Below are positions 8,468 to 17,865 of a DNA stretch of 64,000 nt, piece by piece. The stretch is taken from contig CBDCDS010000003.1 in NCBI GenBank assembly GCA_965215365.1, forward strand, positions 1,248,001 to 1,312,000, given 5' to 3'. The translations under genes were made by a program, and so were the position numbers. The notes beneath the pieces are model-generated. The model was not told the DNA's origin, ran no database searches, and saw nothing but the letters and a program-made list of their open reading frames with translations. Source of the DNA: Gammaproteobacteria bacterium. Its GTDB lineage: Bacteria; Pseudomonadota; Gammaproteobacteria; Eutrophobiales; Eutrophobiaceae. Position 1 is the first letter of the stretch; every line of letters starts with the position of its first letter.

Positions 8468-9685
8468 TCATAACCGTTCAATAATTTGCTCGATAACTGC
8501 GGCGGCGCTGGGGGTGCCGCAGTCGCGCAGTTTTTGCAATGGCAAGGCGATGACCCCGTCGGTCCGGAACAGGTTGCCGCCGTGATCTAGCCCGGGCACG
8601 CCGGTGGGCAGATACACATCCGCCGCGCCGGCCCCGGCCTGGTGGGGGGAGAGGATGATAGTGGGCACCTCCGACGCCGGAGGGGGCTGCCTGCTAAAAC
8701 CTGAGACCCATAACAGGCAATCCGCGTCCGTTGCCGGCACCGCGTTGGCGGACGGGTGGCCGTTGGTGAAATTGATCCCGGCCGGAAAGCCGGTCTGCCA
8801 GGTGGCTACGCTCTGCCAAGAGGCGCCGCCGTTATTGCCGCCCAGCGCCAATCCGGCAAAGCGTTGCGTGACGTTCAAATCCCGCAGCAGGTCCAGGCAG
8901 GCGCCAATAATCAGCTCGGCCTGAGCCTGGGGCAGCGCCGCAGGGCTCCACACCAGCACCCCGTATTGCGCCTTGGCGACCATATCCACAAGCTGTTTGA
9001 GCTTGTCGCGTTCCGGCGCCGGCAGTTCAGTGGCGTCCGGCAGTTGCGGCTGTCTCAGCGCCGCGCGCAGCAGGGCCAGATGATTGGCAAGCCCGTGGCT
9101 CCTGCGGCTGGACAGCGCGACCCGCTGATGGGCCTCGCAGCCGTCCAGCTCGGTGCGGCCCGGTTTGCCCAGATAGCCCAGTTTTCTGTGTGGGCCGGCG
9201 AACAGCGCCTGCGCAGGATTGATGCAGCGTTCGATAAAGCGCGGGTGGCTGCCGGTGACGTTATTGCCGATGAAGAGCACGGTATCAGCCCGGTTTTTTA
9301 TCTCCCCCAGGGTCGTCATGATCCCGCCGCGGGCCTGTAGCGCCTGCAGATGCTGCAGTGCGTGGGGTTCCTGCTCATGCAACAGCGCCGCATCGATGCG
9401 TTCTGCCAGCCGCAGAGCCGCGCGCAATCCGTTCACGTCCGTGCCCAGGCCGGCAATCAGCGTCTTGCGGGATTTTTGCAGCAGCTGCGCGGCGCGCGTC
9501 AAGGCCCGCTCAAGCGGTGCCGCCACGCCGGCAATATGAGCTTCGGCAGCGGGCGCCGGCAGACTGAAACCTTGCCTGGCAAGTTTGCAGGCATTAGCGG
9601 AAACAGTCAGTCTTGACCCGCCGGCGCGTATCGACAAGTCGTCGCACAGCAGGCTGCAAAACGGGCAGGTGACATTTAACCTCAT
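8468..9685 (-). CDS. fhcB: Formyltransferase/hydrolase complex subunit B
   Basis: TCPFCSLLCDD, TTLGEIKNRAD, WQTGFP and RTDGVIALPL motifs; start moved to ATG 9685. Confidence 0.9.
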   Translation of the reverse strand: MRLNVTCPFCSLLCDDLSIRAGGSRLTVSANACKLARQGFSLPAPAAEAHIAGVAAPLERALTRAAQLLQKSRKTLIAGLGTDVNGLRAALRLAERIDAALLHEQEPHALQHLQALQARGGIMTTLGEIKNRADTVLFIGNNVTGSHPRFIERCINPAQALFAGPHRKLGYLGKPGRTELDGCEAHQRVALSSRRSHGLANHLALLRAALRQPQLPDATELPAPERDKLKQLVDMVAKAQYGVLVWSPAALPQAQAELIIGACLDLLRDLNVTQRFAGLALGGNNGGASWQSVATWQTGFPAGINFTNGHPSANAVPATDADCLLWVSGFSRQPPPASEVPTIILSPHQAGAGAADVYLPTGVPGLDHGGNLFRTDGVIALPLQKLRDCGTPSAAAVIEQIIERL

Positions 9686-9692
9686 GCCGACA

Positions 9693-11057
9693 TCAATCAA
9701 GCAGTGCCAGCATCTCGCCGGTGGACGTGTATTTCTCTCGGGGTTTGCCGGTGGGTTCGCCGCGGGCGATCTCGGCGGCATCGATCTTTTTCCAGTCCTC
9801 AAAGCCGATATAACGCACCTTGCGCTCATTGAGCATCTCATAACAGGCTGCGGCGCCGCGCTTGCTTTCACCCTGGTCGAGTTTATCTAGGTCTTCCAGC
9901 AACATACTCACCGTCTCCACGCTGTCCGGCTTGTTGGTGCCAATGAGACCAGTGGGACCGCGCTTGATCCAGCCGGATGTGTACAAGCCGGCTGCAGCCA
10001 CGCCGTTCCTGATAATTCTGCCTCTGTCGTTGGCGAATACCCCGCGGGATTCGTCAAACGGCACCCCGGCCATGGGTATGCCGTGGTAGCCGATGCTACG
10101 GAACACGATACCGGTGTCCAAGGTGAAAGTCTCGCCACTGCCCCGTGCCTGCTGTGCGAAGGCCGCGCCGGACAAGGTATTTTTCTCCAGCAGCAAGCGC
10201 TGCACCCGGCGCTCGCCGACAATCTCCCGGGGACTCTTCAGAAAGGTAAAGATACAGCGCTTTTTTTTCGCTGCCGGGCGCTCGGCAAAACCGCAGAACA
10301 GGTCATAAACCCGTTTGCTGCCGGTATCGCTCAGTTCGGTTTCACTCGCCGGGTTCAGCGCCAGTTCCTCAGCGTCAAGCACCGGGTCGCAGGCCGCCAG
10401 ATCGTTGAATTCCCTCAGTTCCTTGTAGCTGAACTTGGCCTGTGCCGGCCCGCGCCGGCCGATCACGTAGATGTTCCTGATGTTGCTCTGCGCTAGCGCT
10501 GCTAAGGCATGTGCGGCAATGTCCGTGTGCTGCAATTCGTCCACGGTCTTGGCCAGTATGCGGCTCACGTCTGCGGCTACATTGCCCTGCCCGACGATCA
10601 CCGCAGTCTCATGTGACAGGTCAAATTGCCGGTCGCGATAGTCGGGGTGGCCGTTGTACCAGCCGACAAATTCTGTCGCCGTGTAACTGCCCGGCAGGTC
10701 TTCGCCGGGGATGCCCAGACGCCGGTCGGTCTCAGCTCCGCAGGTGAGAATCACCGCGTGGTGAGTGGCCCGCAACTCATCAACGCTGACATCCCGACCC
10801 ACCGTCACGTTGCCAATGTAATTGAACTGCTCCGCCTCGGCCAGCCTGGCATAGACCTTGATAGCCTGTTTCAGCTTGGGATGGTCCGGCGCCACGCCGC
10901 TGCGCACCAGACCATAAGGCGCGACCAGACGCTCAAATATGTTGATATTAACCGCAAGATCGGTCTTGAATAACGCATCAACGGCATAAAAGCCACTGGG
11001 CCCAGCGCCGACAATGGCAACCGTCAAGGGGTGTTCCGGGGTTCCTAATCGAGACAT
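9693..11057 (-). CDS. Ferredoxin-NADP+ reductase (FprA/adrenodoxin reductase type)
   Basis: GAGPSGFY, PYGLVRSGVAPDH, GQGNVAADV, GRRGPAQAKF and GWIKRGPTG motifs. Confidence 0.92.
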   Translation of the reverse strand: MSRLGTPEHPLTVAIVGAGPSGFYAVDALFKTDLAVNINIFERLVAPYGLVRSGVAPDHPKLKQAIKVYARLAEAEQFNYIGNVTVGRDVSVDELRATHHAVILTCGAETDRRLGIPGEDLPGSYTATEFVGWYNGHPDYRDRQFDLSHETAVIVGQGNVAADVSRILAKTVDELQHTDIAAHALAALAQSNIRNIYVIGRRGPAQAKFSYKELREFNDLAACDPVLDAEELALNPASETELSDTGSKRVYDLFCGFAERPAAKKKRCIFTFLKSPREIVGERRVQRLLLEKNTLSGAAFAQQARGSGETFTLDTGIVFRSIGYHGIPMAGVPFDESRGVFANDRGRIIRNGVAAAGLYTSGWIKRGPTGLIGTNKPDSVETVSMLLEDLDKLDQGESKRGAAACYEMLNERKVRYIGFEDWKKIDAAEIARGEPTGKPREKYTSTGEMLALLD

Positions 11058-11212
11058 GCGACGCTATGACTTCTCTTGTTAAGTGGGGCAAGCAAAGGAG
11101 CGATGGTAGCAGAGCTATGAAAGCGCTGCAACCGTCATCAGCAACTCTGAATTGAATCCGAACCCACAGCTGCCTCTCCCGAAGGAGAGGTATGCTATAC
11201 CATGCGGGTTCG

Positions 11213-11503
11213 TTACAGGCGAAGGTGGTAACGCTCAACGTTAATCCCATTTTGTTTGCTACGGGCTTGTGCAAGATCGTAGGTGGTTTGTCGGCGTAGC
11301 CAGAATTCGGCGTTGGACCATCCTGCCATCTCCAACCGTATAGCCATTTCCGGTGAGATGCCTGCACGGCCATTGAGCACGCGGGAAAGTGTATGACGCG
11401 CTACCCCCAGGATCTTGGCTGCTTTGGTGACGTTCAGCCCGAGAGGCAGCAGGCAGTTTTCCTTGATGCTGTGACCGGGATGTGGTGGATTCTTCATAGC
11501 CAT
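11213..11503 (-). CDS. higA: HigA family HTH antitoxin (orphan)
   Basis: MKNPPHPG...[30 protein letters not shown]...[11 protein letters not shown]. Confidence 0.9.
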   Translation of the reverse strand: MAMKNPPHPGHSIKENCLLPLGLNVTKAAKILGVARHTLSRVLNGRAGISPEMAIRLEMAGWSNAEFWLRRQTTYDLAQARSKQNGINVERYHLRL

Positions 11504-11584
11504 GGTTTTATGTCTCTCCTTGAACGCGGACACCTCCTTCTGCCCCTTAATATCAGAAAAGAGTGAATCAGAGGTTACTTTGCA

Positions 11585-11890
11585 TCAAAAACCCAGGGCC
11601 GCCTTCCTCTCTTCCGCACCGGGTAGCGGGTCCATGCTATCGGTGATGACCGGCAGTAACTTGGAACGTTCCGCGTTAATGGCTATCCACTCGTGCTTGT
11701 CTGCGGGCAGGTCGTCTTCTTCATAGATGGCCTCGACCGGGCATTCCGGCAGGCAGGCACTGCAATCTATGCATATCTCCGGGTCGATGTACAGCATCTG
11801 ATCGTCATAGTGGAAGCACTCCACCGGGCAGACTGTGACGCAGTCGGTAAAACGGCAGTCTTTGCAGTTGTCGGTTACGATGGTTGGCAT
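11585..11890 (-). CDS. fdxA: FdxA-type dicluster ferredoxin
   Basis: CKDCRFTDCVTVCPVECF and CIDCSACLPECPVEAI motifs. Confidence 0.9.
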   Translation of the reverse strand: MPTIVTDNCKDCRFTDCVTVCPVECFHYDDQMLYIDPEICIDCSACLPECPVEAIYEEDDLPADKHEWIAINAERSKLLPVITDSMDPLPGAEERKAALGF

Positions 11891-12007
11891 GATGATCTCC
11901 GGTATTGGCTGATATTCGGTACGGTCAGACGCTTGCTTGGACCTATTATACCCCAGCTAAGGGGCATTGCCCGGCGTATAGTAATATTTCCCCCGGTTCA
12001 ACTCAAT

Positions 12008-12042
12008 ACAAGGCAACAAGCGACTTGGTGAGATATGCGGGT
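12008..12042. repeat. Terminal fragment of MITE family A
   Basis: ACAAGGCAACAAGCGACTTGGTGAGATATGCGGGT followed by TA; near-identical to the 38456 end. Confidence 0.8.
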
Positions 12043-12205
12043 TAAAGGTCCCACAACTTGTCATTTACATCCAAAGCCAGTAGCATCTGCACTGTTACGG
12101 AGAAAAGGCCATGACCGCCACGTTTGCAATCATCATCAATCAATCGCCCGTGCTGACTCGCCCCGGACTGACAGCTGACGAGGCGCCTTGTCTTGACGCC
12201 GCAGT

Positions 12206-13195
12206 GTGGTTCTGAACAGGTCAATATCACCTGGAAAGAGTGCTGGCAGTGTCCCGGACTCGGTGAGGATCACCGCGCCGGCGCGCCTGCACCTGGGTTT
12301 TTTGGGCCTGGATGGCGCCGAGCAGGGGCGCTTTGGCAGTATCGGCGTTGGCATCACGGGGTTTTCCACGACGATAGTGGCCAGCCGTAGCGCGCGCGTG
12401 GTGGTCGAAGGGGATGATGCCGGGCCTGTCGCCGGCGCCATTCAAACCCTGCTGGAGCATTACCACATTGACACCGGGCTTAAGGTACGGGTGGAACAAA
12501 GCATTCCCCGCCATCAGGGCTTGGGTTCCGGCACCCAGCTGGCGCTGGCGCTGGGGACTGCCATCAGCGCCTTGTATGGCCTCAACGCCAGTGTCGAAGA
12601 CCTCGCCGTGGCAACCGCTCGGGGGCGGCGCTCCGGGATCGGTCTGGGCGTGTTCCGGCACGGTGGTTTTATCGTGGACAGCGGCAGGTCGCCGGGGCAG
12701 GCGCTGCCAACCATGGTACTGCGCCATGATTTTCCGGCGTCGTGGCGTCTGCTCCTGGTCCTGGACCCCCAGGCCCGGGGTCTCAGCGGCGCCGCCGAAC
12801 GCAACGCCTTCAAAGCATTGCCGGCGCTGCCGACGGAAGTCGGCGCGGCGCTTTGTCAGCAGGTCCTGATGCACCTGCTGCCGGCGCTCCTGGAACAGGA
12901 TTGCGACCGTTTCGGCGCGGCCGTCAGCAGCATACAGGCGCGCCTTGGCGCCTGTTTCAGCGCCGCGCAGGGGGGATTGTATGCCAGCAACAAGGTGCGA
13001 CAAGCGCTGGAGTTGCTGGCGCCGCGCCATGCTACCGGTATCGGCCAGACTTCCTGGGGTCCCACCGGCTTTGCCATCTTCCCGGATCACGACTGCGCCC
13101 AACGAGCTGTGGCAGCACTGGCCCGGGAGCGCCTCGAAGTGAACCTTGTCAGTGTCGGCGCGCAGAACAACGGCGCCAGTATTGCTTCCATTTGA
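12206..13195 (+). CDS. mptG: Beta-RFAP synthase (GHMP kinase fold, H4MPT biosynthesis)
   Basis: APARLHLG, HQGLGSGTQL, RGRRSGIG and GQTSWGPTGF motifs; start uncertain. Confidence 0.9.
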   Translation: MVLNRSISPGKSAGSVPDSVRITAPARLHLGFLGLDGAEQGRFGSIGVGITGFSTTIVASRSARVVVEGDDAGPVAGAIQTLLEHYHIDTGLKVRVEQSIPRHQGLGSGTQLALALGTAISALYGLNASVEDLAVATARGRRSGIGLGVFRHGGFIVDSGRSPGQALPTMVLRHDFPASWRLLLVLDPQARGLSGAAERNAFKALPALPTEVGAALCQQVLMHLLPALLEQDCDRFGAAVSSIQARLGACFSAAQGGLYASNKVRQALELLAPRHATGIGQTSWGPTGFAIFPDHDCAQRAVAALARERLEVNLVSVGAQNNGASIASI

Positions 13196-13266
13196 TGCTG
13201 ATAGGTTCGGAGCTGACCGGTGCCGGCTCAGGTCGGGCCACAACTATTGCAAGCGCTGTAAAAAAA

Positions 13267-13296
13267 TTGAATTTTTTTTATCCGTTGCGGTATAAT
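13267..13296 (+). promoter_or_regulatory. Sigma70-like promoter for mch
   Basis: TTGAAT-18nt-TATAAT. Confidence 0.5.
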
Positions 13297-13370
13297 GCCA
13301 GACCTTACCGGTGTTGGTGCAGCCTTGCCGGCCAAAGCAACCATTCTCCAGAACAAACGAACCGAGGTTT

Positions 13371-14414
13371 ATGCGGATCATGAGCGTTATGTCAGCGGAA
13401 ACAAACGATAGTAAAGGCAGGAATCACTTAGCCAACACCCACAGCAGCTTGAGCATCAACGACCTGAGCATGCCGAAGGTCAACCATCTGGTCAGTTTTG
13501 CCCACGGTCTGGGTTTGAATACCCGGCGCACGGAGAACGGCAGTTTGTTGATCGATGCCGGTATCGACAGCTATGGCAGCATTGAGGCCGGGCGGCAGAT
13601 CGCGGAGATTTGTCTGGGCGGTCTGGCCACGGCCAAATTACGCGCCGCGCGCGACTACCAGAACTGGCCCTGGCATGTGGATGTGCATACCAGCCATCCG
13701 GTCATCGCCTGTCTGGCCAGCCAGTATGCCGGTTGGAGCCTGTCCCACGGGCAGGGCAACAGCACCTTCAATGCGCTGGGGTCCGGCCCGGCCCGGGCGT
13801 TGGGCAGCAGGGAGCCGTTACTGGCCGAGATCGGCTATCGCGACGAGGCCGATGCTACCTGCATCGTGCTGGAAGTGGATCGGATTCCGCCGGTTGAGAT
13901 CGCCGACAAAATTGCTGAACGCTGCCGGATTACGCCGGAAAACCTGACCCTGATCCTCACGCCCACCTCCAGTCTGGCCGGTGCCGTGCAGGTTGTCGCC
14001 CGGGTGTTTGAATCGGCGCTGCATAAGGCTCATACACTGAATTTCCCACTTGATGAAATCGTGGATGGCATGGGCACGGTGCCCTTATGTCCGCCCTCGC
14101 CGGATTTCCTCACCGCTATGAGTCGCACCAATGATGCCATTTTGTTCGGCGGCCATGTCCATTTGTTCATCAGTAGCGGCGATGAGGATGCCGAAGATCT
14201 GGCCCGGCACCTGCCCAGCAATACCTCGAAGGACTACGGCCGGCCGTTTGCCGAGGTGTTCAAGGATGCCGAATTCGATTTCTACAAGCTCGACCCCATG
14301 CTGTTCAGCCCGGCCCGGGTGACCGTCAGCTCGTTGCGCACCGGACACTCGTTCCAGGCCGGCGATGTCAACATGCAGGCCTTAAACCGGTCGTTTACCA
14401 ATATTTTCAGTTAG
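13371..14414 (+). CDS. mch: Methenyl-H4MPT cyclohydrolase
   Basis: ACLASQYAGW, GSGPARAL, RTNDAIL and FDFYKLDPMLFSPA motifs; start uncertain (13371 or 13389). Confidence 0.95.
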   Translation: MRIMSVMSAETNDSKGRNHLANTHSSLSINDLSMPKVNHLVSFAHGLGLNTRRTENGSLLIDAGIDSYGSIEAGRQIAEICLGGLATAKLRAARDYQNWPWHVDVHTSHPVIACLASQYAGWSLSHGQGNSTFNALGSGPARALGSREPLLAEIGYRDEADATCIVLEVDRIPPVEIADKIAERCRITPENLTLILTPTSSLAGAVQVVARVFESALHKAHTLNFPLDEIVDGMGTVPLCPPSPDFLTAMSRTNDAILFGGHVHLFISSGDEDAEDLARHLPSNTSKDYGRPFAEVFKDAEFDFYKLDPMLFSPARVTVSSLRTGHSFQAGDVNMQALNRSFTNIFS

Positions 14415-14452
14415 CCCGCATATCTCACCAAGTGATGCGAACATCGCGCCGG
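14414..14452. repeat. Terminal fragment of MITE family A
   Basis: TA followed by GCCCGCATATCTCACCAAGTGATGCGAACATCGCGCCGG matches the 38214 end. Confidence 0.8.
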
Positions 14453-14466
14453 CTGACCTTGCCGCC

Positions 14467-15321
14467 CTGGTATATGACTGTTTCCTGCATGATACCAATG
14501 CGTTAAAGCCCGGTAACGTCGGCCGGCACGGGGCCGGGCACGGCATGGACTGCGCCGACTTTATGCGTAGCGCCGAGGTCGTTGCTCCGCTCCTGTGCGA
14601 TCCTGCGCGCAGGCTCGGCGAGCGTATCCTGGCCAGCGTTGAAGCCACCCGCGTCGCGGTGGGGTGCAATACCAACTTAGGTATGATCCTGTTGCTTGCG
14701 CCTATTATCCGGGTGTATGAACAGCACGGCTCCACGGCTCACTTCCGCCCTCGGCTGCGCGCCGCCCTGCGCGCCCTGGGGCGCGGGGAGTCACAGGATA
14801 TCTTCACCGCCATCCGTCACGCCAACCCGGGCGGACTGGGCCGGGTCGAACGCCATGACGTAAACGCACTGCCGGATATCGATGTTGGCGCGGCCATGGA
14901 GGCCGCTAAGGACTACGACCTGATTGCCCGGCAATACGCCAACAGCTATCGGGAAGTGGCAGGTCCGGGCGTAAACTGCTTGCAAAAATACCACCGCAAG
15001 TGGCGAAGTGTTGAGTGGGCGGTTGTTTCCTGCTATCTTATGTACTTGGGGAGCTTTGCGGATTCTCATATTCGTAGAAAACACGGAAGCGGCATTGCGC
15101 AGGAAGTGCAGGACAGAGCAATTCCCCTGTTTCAGCAGTTTGTGGGTTACGATAATCCGGAACATGCAAGAGAAGTATTATTGAGCTTTGACAGGGAACT
15201 CAAAGAAGCAGAGCTGAATCCGGGCGCCTGCGCGGACCTGACGGTGGCCAGCTTGTTGTTGTATCGGCTCGGTTGGGACTGTCGGTCGGTACAGCCGGTG
15301 GCGAGCGCCGGACAGGATTGA
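14467..15321 (+). CDS. CitG-family protein (Orf7 of the H4MPT cluster); 5' end atypical
   Basis: KPGNV lies upstream of the first ATG; [14 protein letters not shown] and LNPGACADL motifs; start placed tentatively at CTG. Confidence 0.8.
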   Translation: MVYDCFLHDTNALKPGNVGRHGAGHGMDCADFMRSAEVVAPLLCDPARRLGERILASVEATRVAVGCNTNLGMILLLAPIIRVYEQHGSTAHFRPRLRAALRALGRGESQDIFTAIRHANPGGLGRVERHDVNALPDIDVGAAMEAAKDYDLIARQYANSYREVAGPGVNCLQKYHRKWRSVEWAVVSCYLMYLGSFADSHIRRKHGSGIAQEVQDRAIPLFQQFVGYDNPEHAREVLLSFDRELKEAELNPGACADLTVASLLLYRLGWDCRSVQPVASAGQD

Positions 15322-15407
15322 TAGACCTTACGGAGGTTTATTACATGTTTAAGATTCTTGACAAACTTTGTAGCATTTTTAAATCCGAAGAAGAAGGAGG
15401 TAATGAA

Positions 15408-15920
15408 ATGGCTGTAATCGATAGAGTACTTGTTGGTGAAGCGCTGGTGGGGGACGGTAATGAGGTTGCCCATATCGACCTGATCATGGGGCCCCGCGGC
15501 AGCGCCGCAGAGACCGCGGCTTGCAACGCGCTGACCAACAATAAAGACGGTTTCACATCGCTGCTGGCAGTTGTCTCGCCCAATCTGGCGTGTAAACCGA
15601 CTACGGTGATGTTCAACAAGGTCACCATCAAAGGCGCCAAGCAGGCGGTGCAGATGTTCGGCCCGGCTCAGCGCGCAGTGTCCATGGCAGTCATGGATTG
15701 CGTGGAGGATGGCACCATCCCTGCCGATGAAGCGGATGATGTTTACATCTGCGTTGGCGTTTTCATCCACTGGCTGGCCGAGGACGATGCCAAAATCCAG
15801 GACTACAACTACGAGGCTACCAAGATGTCCATCAAACGCGCCGTAGCGCGCGAACCCAAGGCGTCTGAGGTACTGAGTAAGCGCAGTGATGCGGAGCACC
15901 CGTTTCAGGCTCACTCGTAA
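15408..15920 (+). CDS. fae: Formaldehyde-activating enzyme
   Basis: [25 protein letters not shown] and QMFGPAQ motifs; RBS AAGGAGG. Confidence 0.95.
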   Translation: MAVIDRVLVGEALVGDGNEVAHIDLIMGPRGSAAETAACNALTNNKDGFTSLLAVVSPNLACKPTTVMFNKVTIKGAKQAVQMFGPAQRAVSMAVMDCVEDGTIPADEADDVYICVGVFIHWLAEDDAKIQDYNYEATKMSIKRAVAREPKASEVLSKRSDAEHPFQAHS

Positions 15921-15937
15921 GCGCACACTTGGGCGCA

Positions 15938-15972
15938 ATAAAAAAAACCCCGGCCGGTGCCGGGGTTTTTTT
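15938..15972. terminator. Bidirectional terminator between fae and orf17
   Basis: A-run, CCCCGG...CCGGGG stem, T-run between convergent genes. Confidence 0.85.
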
Positions 15973-16035
15973 GTTGCGCCCGCCCTATGCCGGCACTCTT
16001 GCCAGGCGCCACTGCGCGCCTGACCCTAGGTACAT

Positions 16036-16740
16036 TCAGGCACGGTGAGATATTCGGGCCAGGGCTTTTATCTGTGCGGCGCCAATCGTCCCGTCGTGCA
16101 AGGCCGAGGCAACCAGCGCGCCATGGATGCCGTTGGCGGCAAGTTGGCGTAAATCTTCCACATTGCGCACGCCGCCGGCTGCGTAGAGCTGTTTGCCTGG
16201 GAGCTGCTCGCGCACGGCGCGCAGCCATTCCAGGTCCGGCCCGCAGCGGCTGCCAACATAATCGAGCGACATGATGATCACGCGTTGTGGCAATCGCTGC
16301 GGCTGTTGTGGCAGGCTGGCATCGCCGATGAGTTTCCCCCGTGCATAATCCAGAGACAGGATGCAGTGCGAATTGCGCGTATAATGCTCCAGTTGCTCAA
16401 TGGATAGACCTGTTTCCGTACCCAGCACATGTTGGACTTGACTGGCGTGGTCGTGAGCAATAAACGGCTGCAGGCCGGAATCCAGCCACAGGTTCAGGTT
16501 AGGCCAGGTCGCCAGCATGGGTGCGATGAGGTGATGGTTGTCGCCGGCGCCGGCAATGGCGTTGAGGTCGGCGAGGTAGAAGGTCTTGAACGGGAACACA
16601 GACCGGTAGGCCCGGACTACGGCCAGCAGTTCCGGCTCACGGCATAACGGCGTGGACAGCGGTGGATACAGATGTCTTTGTCCCTGCCGCGCCGCGACTA
16701 CCTTGCCGTCTTGCAAGTCGATGACGGGAATGATATGCAT
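16036..16740 (-). CDS. HisA/HisF-like TIM barrel protein (Orf17)
   Basis: IIPVIDLQDGKVV, YLADLNAI, AAGGVRN and ASALHDG motifs; H4MPT cluster context. Confidence 0.85.
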   Translation of the reverse strand: MHIIPVIDLQDGKVVAARQGQRHLYPPLSTPLCREPELLAVVRAYRSVFPFKTFYLADLNAIAGAGDNHHLIAPMLATWPNLNLWLDSGLQPFIAHDHASQVQHVLGTETGLSIEQLEHYTRNSHCILSLDYARGKLIGDASLPQQPQRLPQRVIIMSLDYVGSRCGPDLEWLRAVREQLPGKQLYAAGGVRNVEDLRQLAANGIHGALVASALHDGTIGAAQIKALARISHRA

Positions 16741-17865
16741 GTAGAAAATTATACAGGTTGGGACATCGGCGGCGCGCATTTGAAAGTTGCGCGCCTCAAC
16801 CGCAACGGCGCGTTATATGCCGTGCAGCAGTTTGCCACACCTTTGTGGCAGGGGCCAGAAACGCTGGCAACGCCGGTTGCACAGACGCTCGAAGCTCTGC
16901 CTGACGGGCGCTGCGTGCACGCCGTGACCATGACCGGCGAGCTGGCCGACTGCTTTCCTGAACGCCGGGAAGGTGTGTTGCGCCTGGTGGACTACCTGTG
17001 CGGGCGTCTTGACCGGCGGCATTCCTGCTACGTCTATGCCGGCAACAAGGGCCTGGTGACGGCAGCAGATGTGCCGCGCTGCCATGCTGATATTGCTTCT
17101 GCCAACTGGCATTGCAGCGCCACGTATGCGGCGCAACGCCTGCGTTCCGGCGTGTTAGTGGATATTGGCACCACCACTACCGATATCATTCCCTTCCACC
17201 AGCGTCAGGTTTGTGCGCAAGGTTACAACGACCAGACGCGACTGCGCACGGGTGAGCTGGTCTATACGGGCCTGACCCGTACTCCGGTCATGGCGGTGGC
17301 CGCGCGGGCGCCATATAACGGTGTCTGGCAGGGTGTGGCGGCAGAGTATTTTGCCAATATGGCAGATGTCTATCGCATTACCGGCGATCTGGATGAACGC
17401 TTCGACCTGCTGCCGGCGGCTGATGGCGGCGCCAAAACCCGACACCATAGCCGCAAGCGCTTAGCGCGCATGTTGGGTACGGATTATATCAAGGGAGCGG
17501 CGGCTGCGCCCTGGCTGGAACTGGCACATTATCTTGCCGGACAACAGTATGAGACGATAGCGCGGGCTTTCACCGGCGTTATGGGTCGGCTACCCCAACC
17601 GGTTTACAAGCGCATCGTTGCAGCCGGCGCCGGCCGCTTTATTATCGGGAAACTGGCCCGAGAGCACGGTTACGAGTTGCTTCATTTTGAGGATTTACTG
17701 CCACGGGTTGAGGCCAAACCAGGGACTGAGCAAGGGGCTGAACAGGGGGATGTGAATAACTGTGCAACGGCGGTGGCGGTGGCTGCATTGGCTCTGGACA
17801 TGAAGCAAATGGCGCTTTGCAGAGCCAATCAGCATGAAGGGTACGGCTGCAATGCGTCTGGTTGA
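16735..17865 (+). CDS. Hydantoinase/oxoprolinase-family protein (Orf9/MfnF-like)
   Basis: GWDIGGAHLK, TMTGELAD, ASANW, DIGTTTTD and ELVYTGLTRTP motifs. Confidence 0.88.
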   Translation: MHVENYTGWDIGGAHLKVARLNRNGALYAVQQFATPLWQGPETLATPVAQTLEALPDGRCVHAVTMTGELADCFPERREGVLRLVDYLCGRLDRRHSCYVYAGNKGLVTAADVPRCHADIASANWHCSATYAAQRLRSGVLVDIGTTTTDIIPFHQRQVCAQGYNDQTRLRTGELVYTGLTRTPVMAVAARAPYNGVWQGVAAEYFANMADVYRITGDLDERFDLLPAADGGAKTRHHSRKRLARMLGTDYIKGAAAAPWLELAHYLAGQQYETIARAFTGVMGRLPQPVYKRIVAAGAGRFIIGKLAREHGYELLHFEDLLPRVEAKPGTEQGAEQGDVNNCATAVAVAALALDMKQMALCRANQHEGYGCNASG

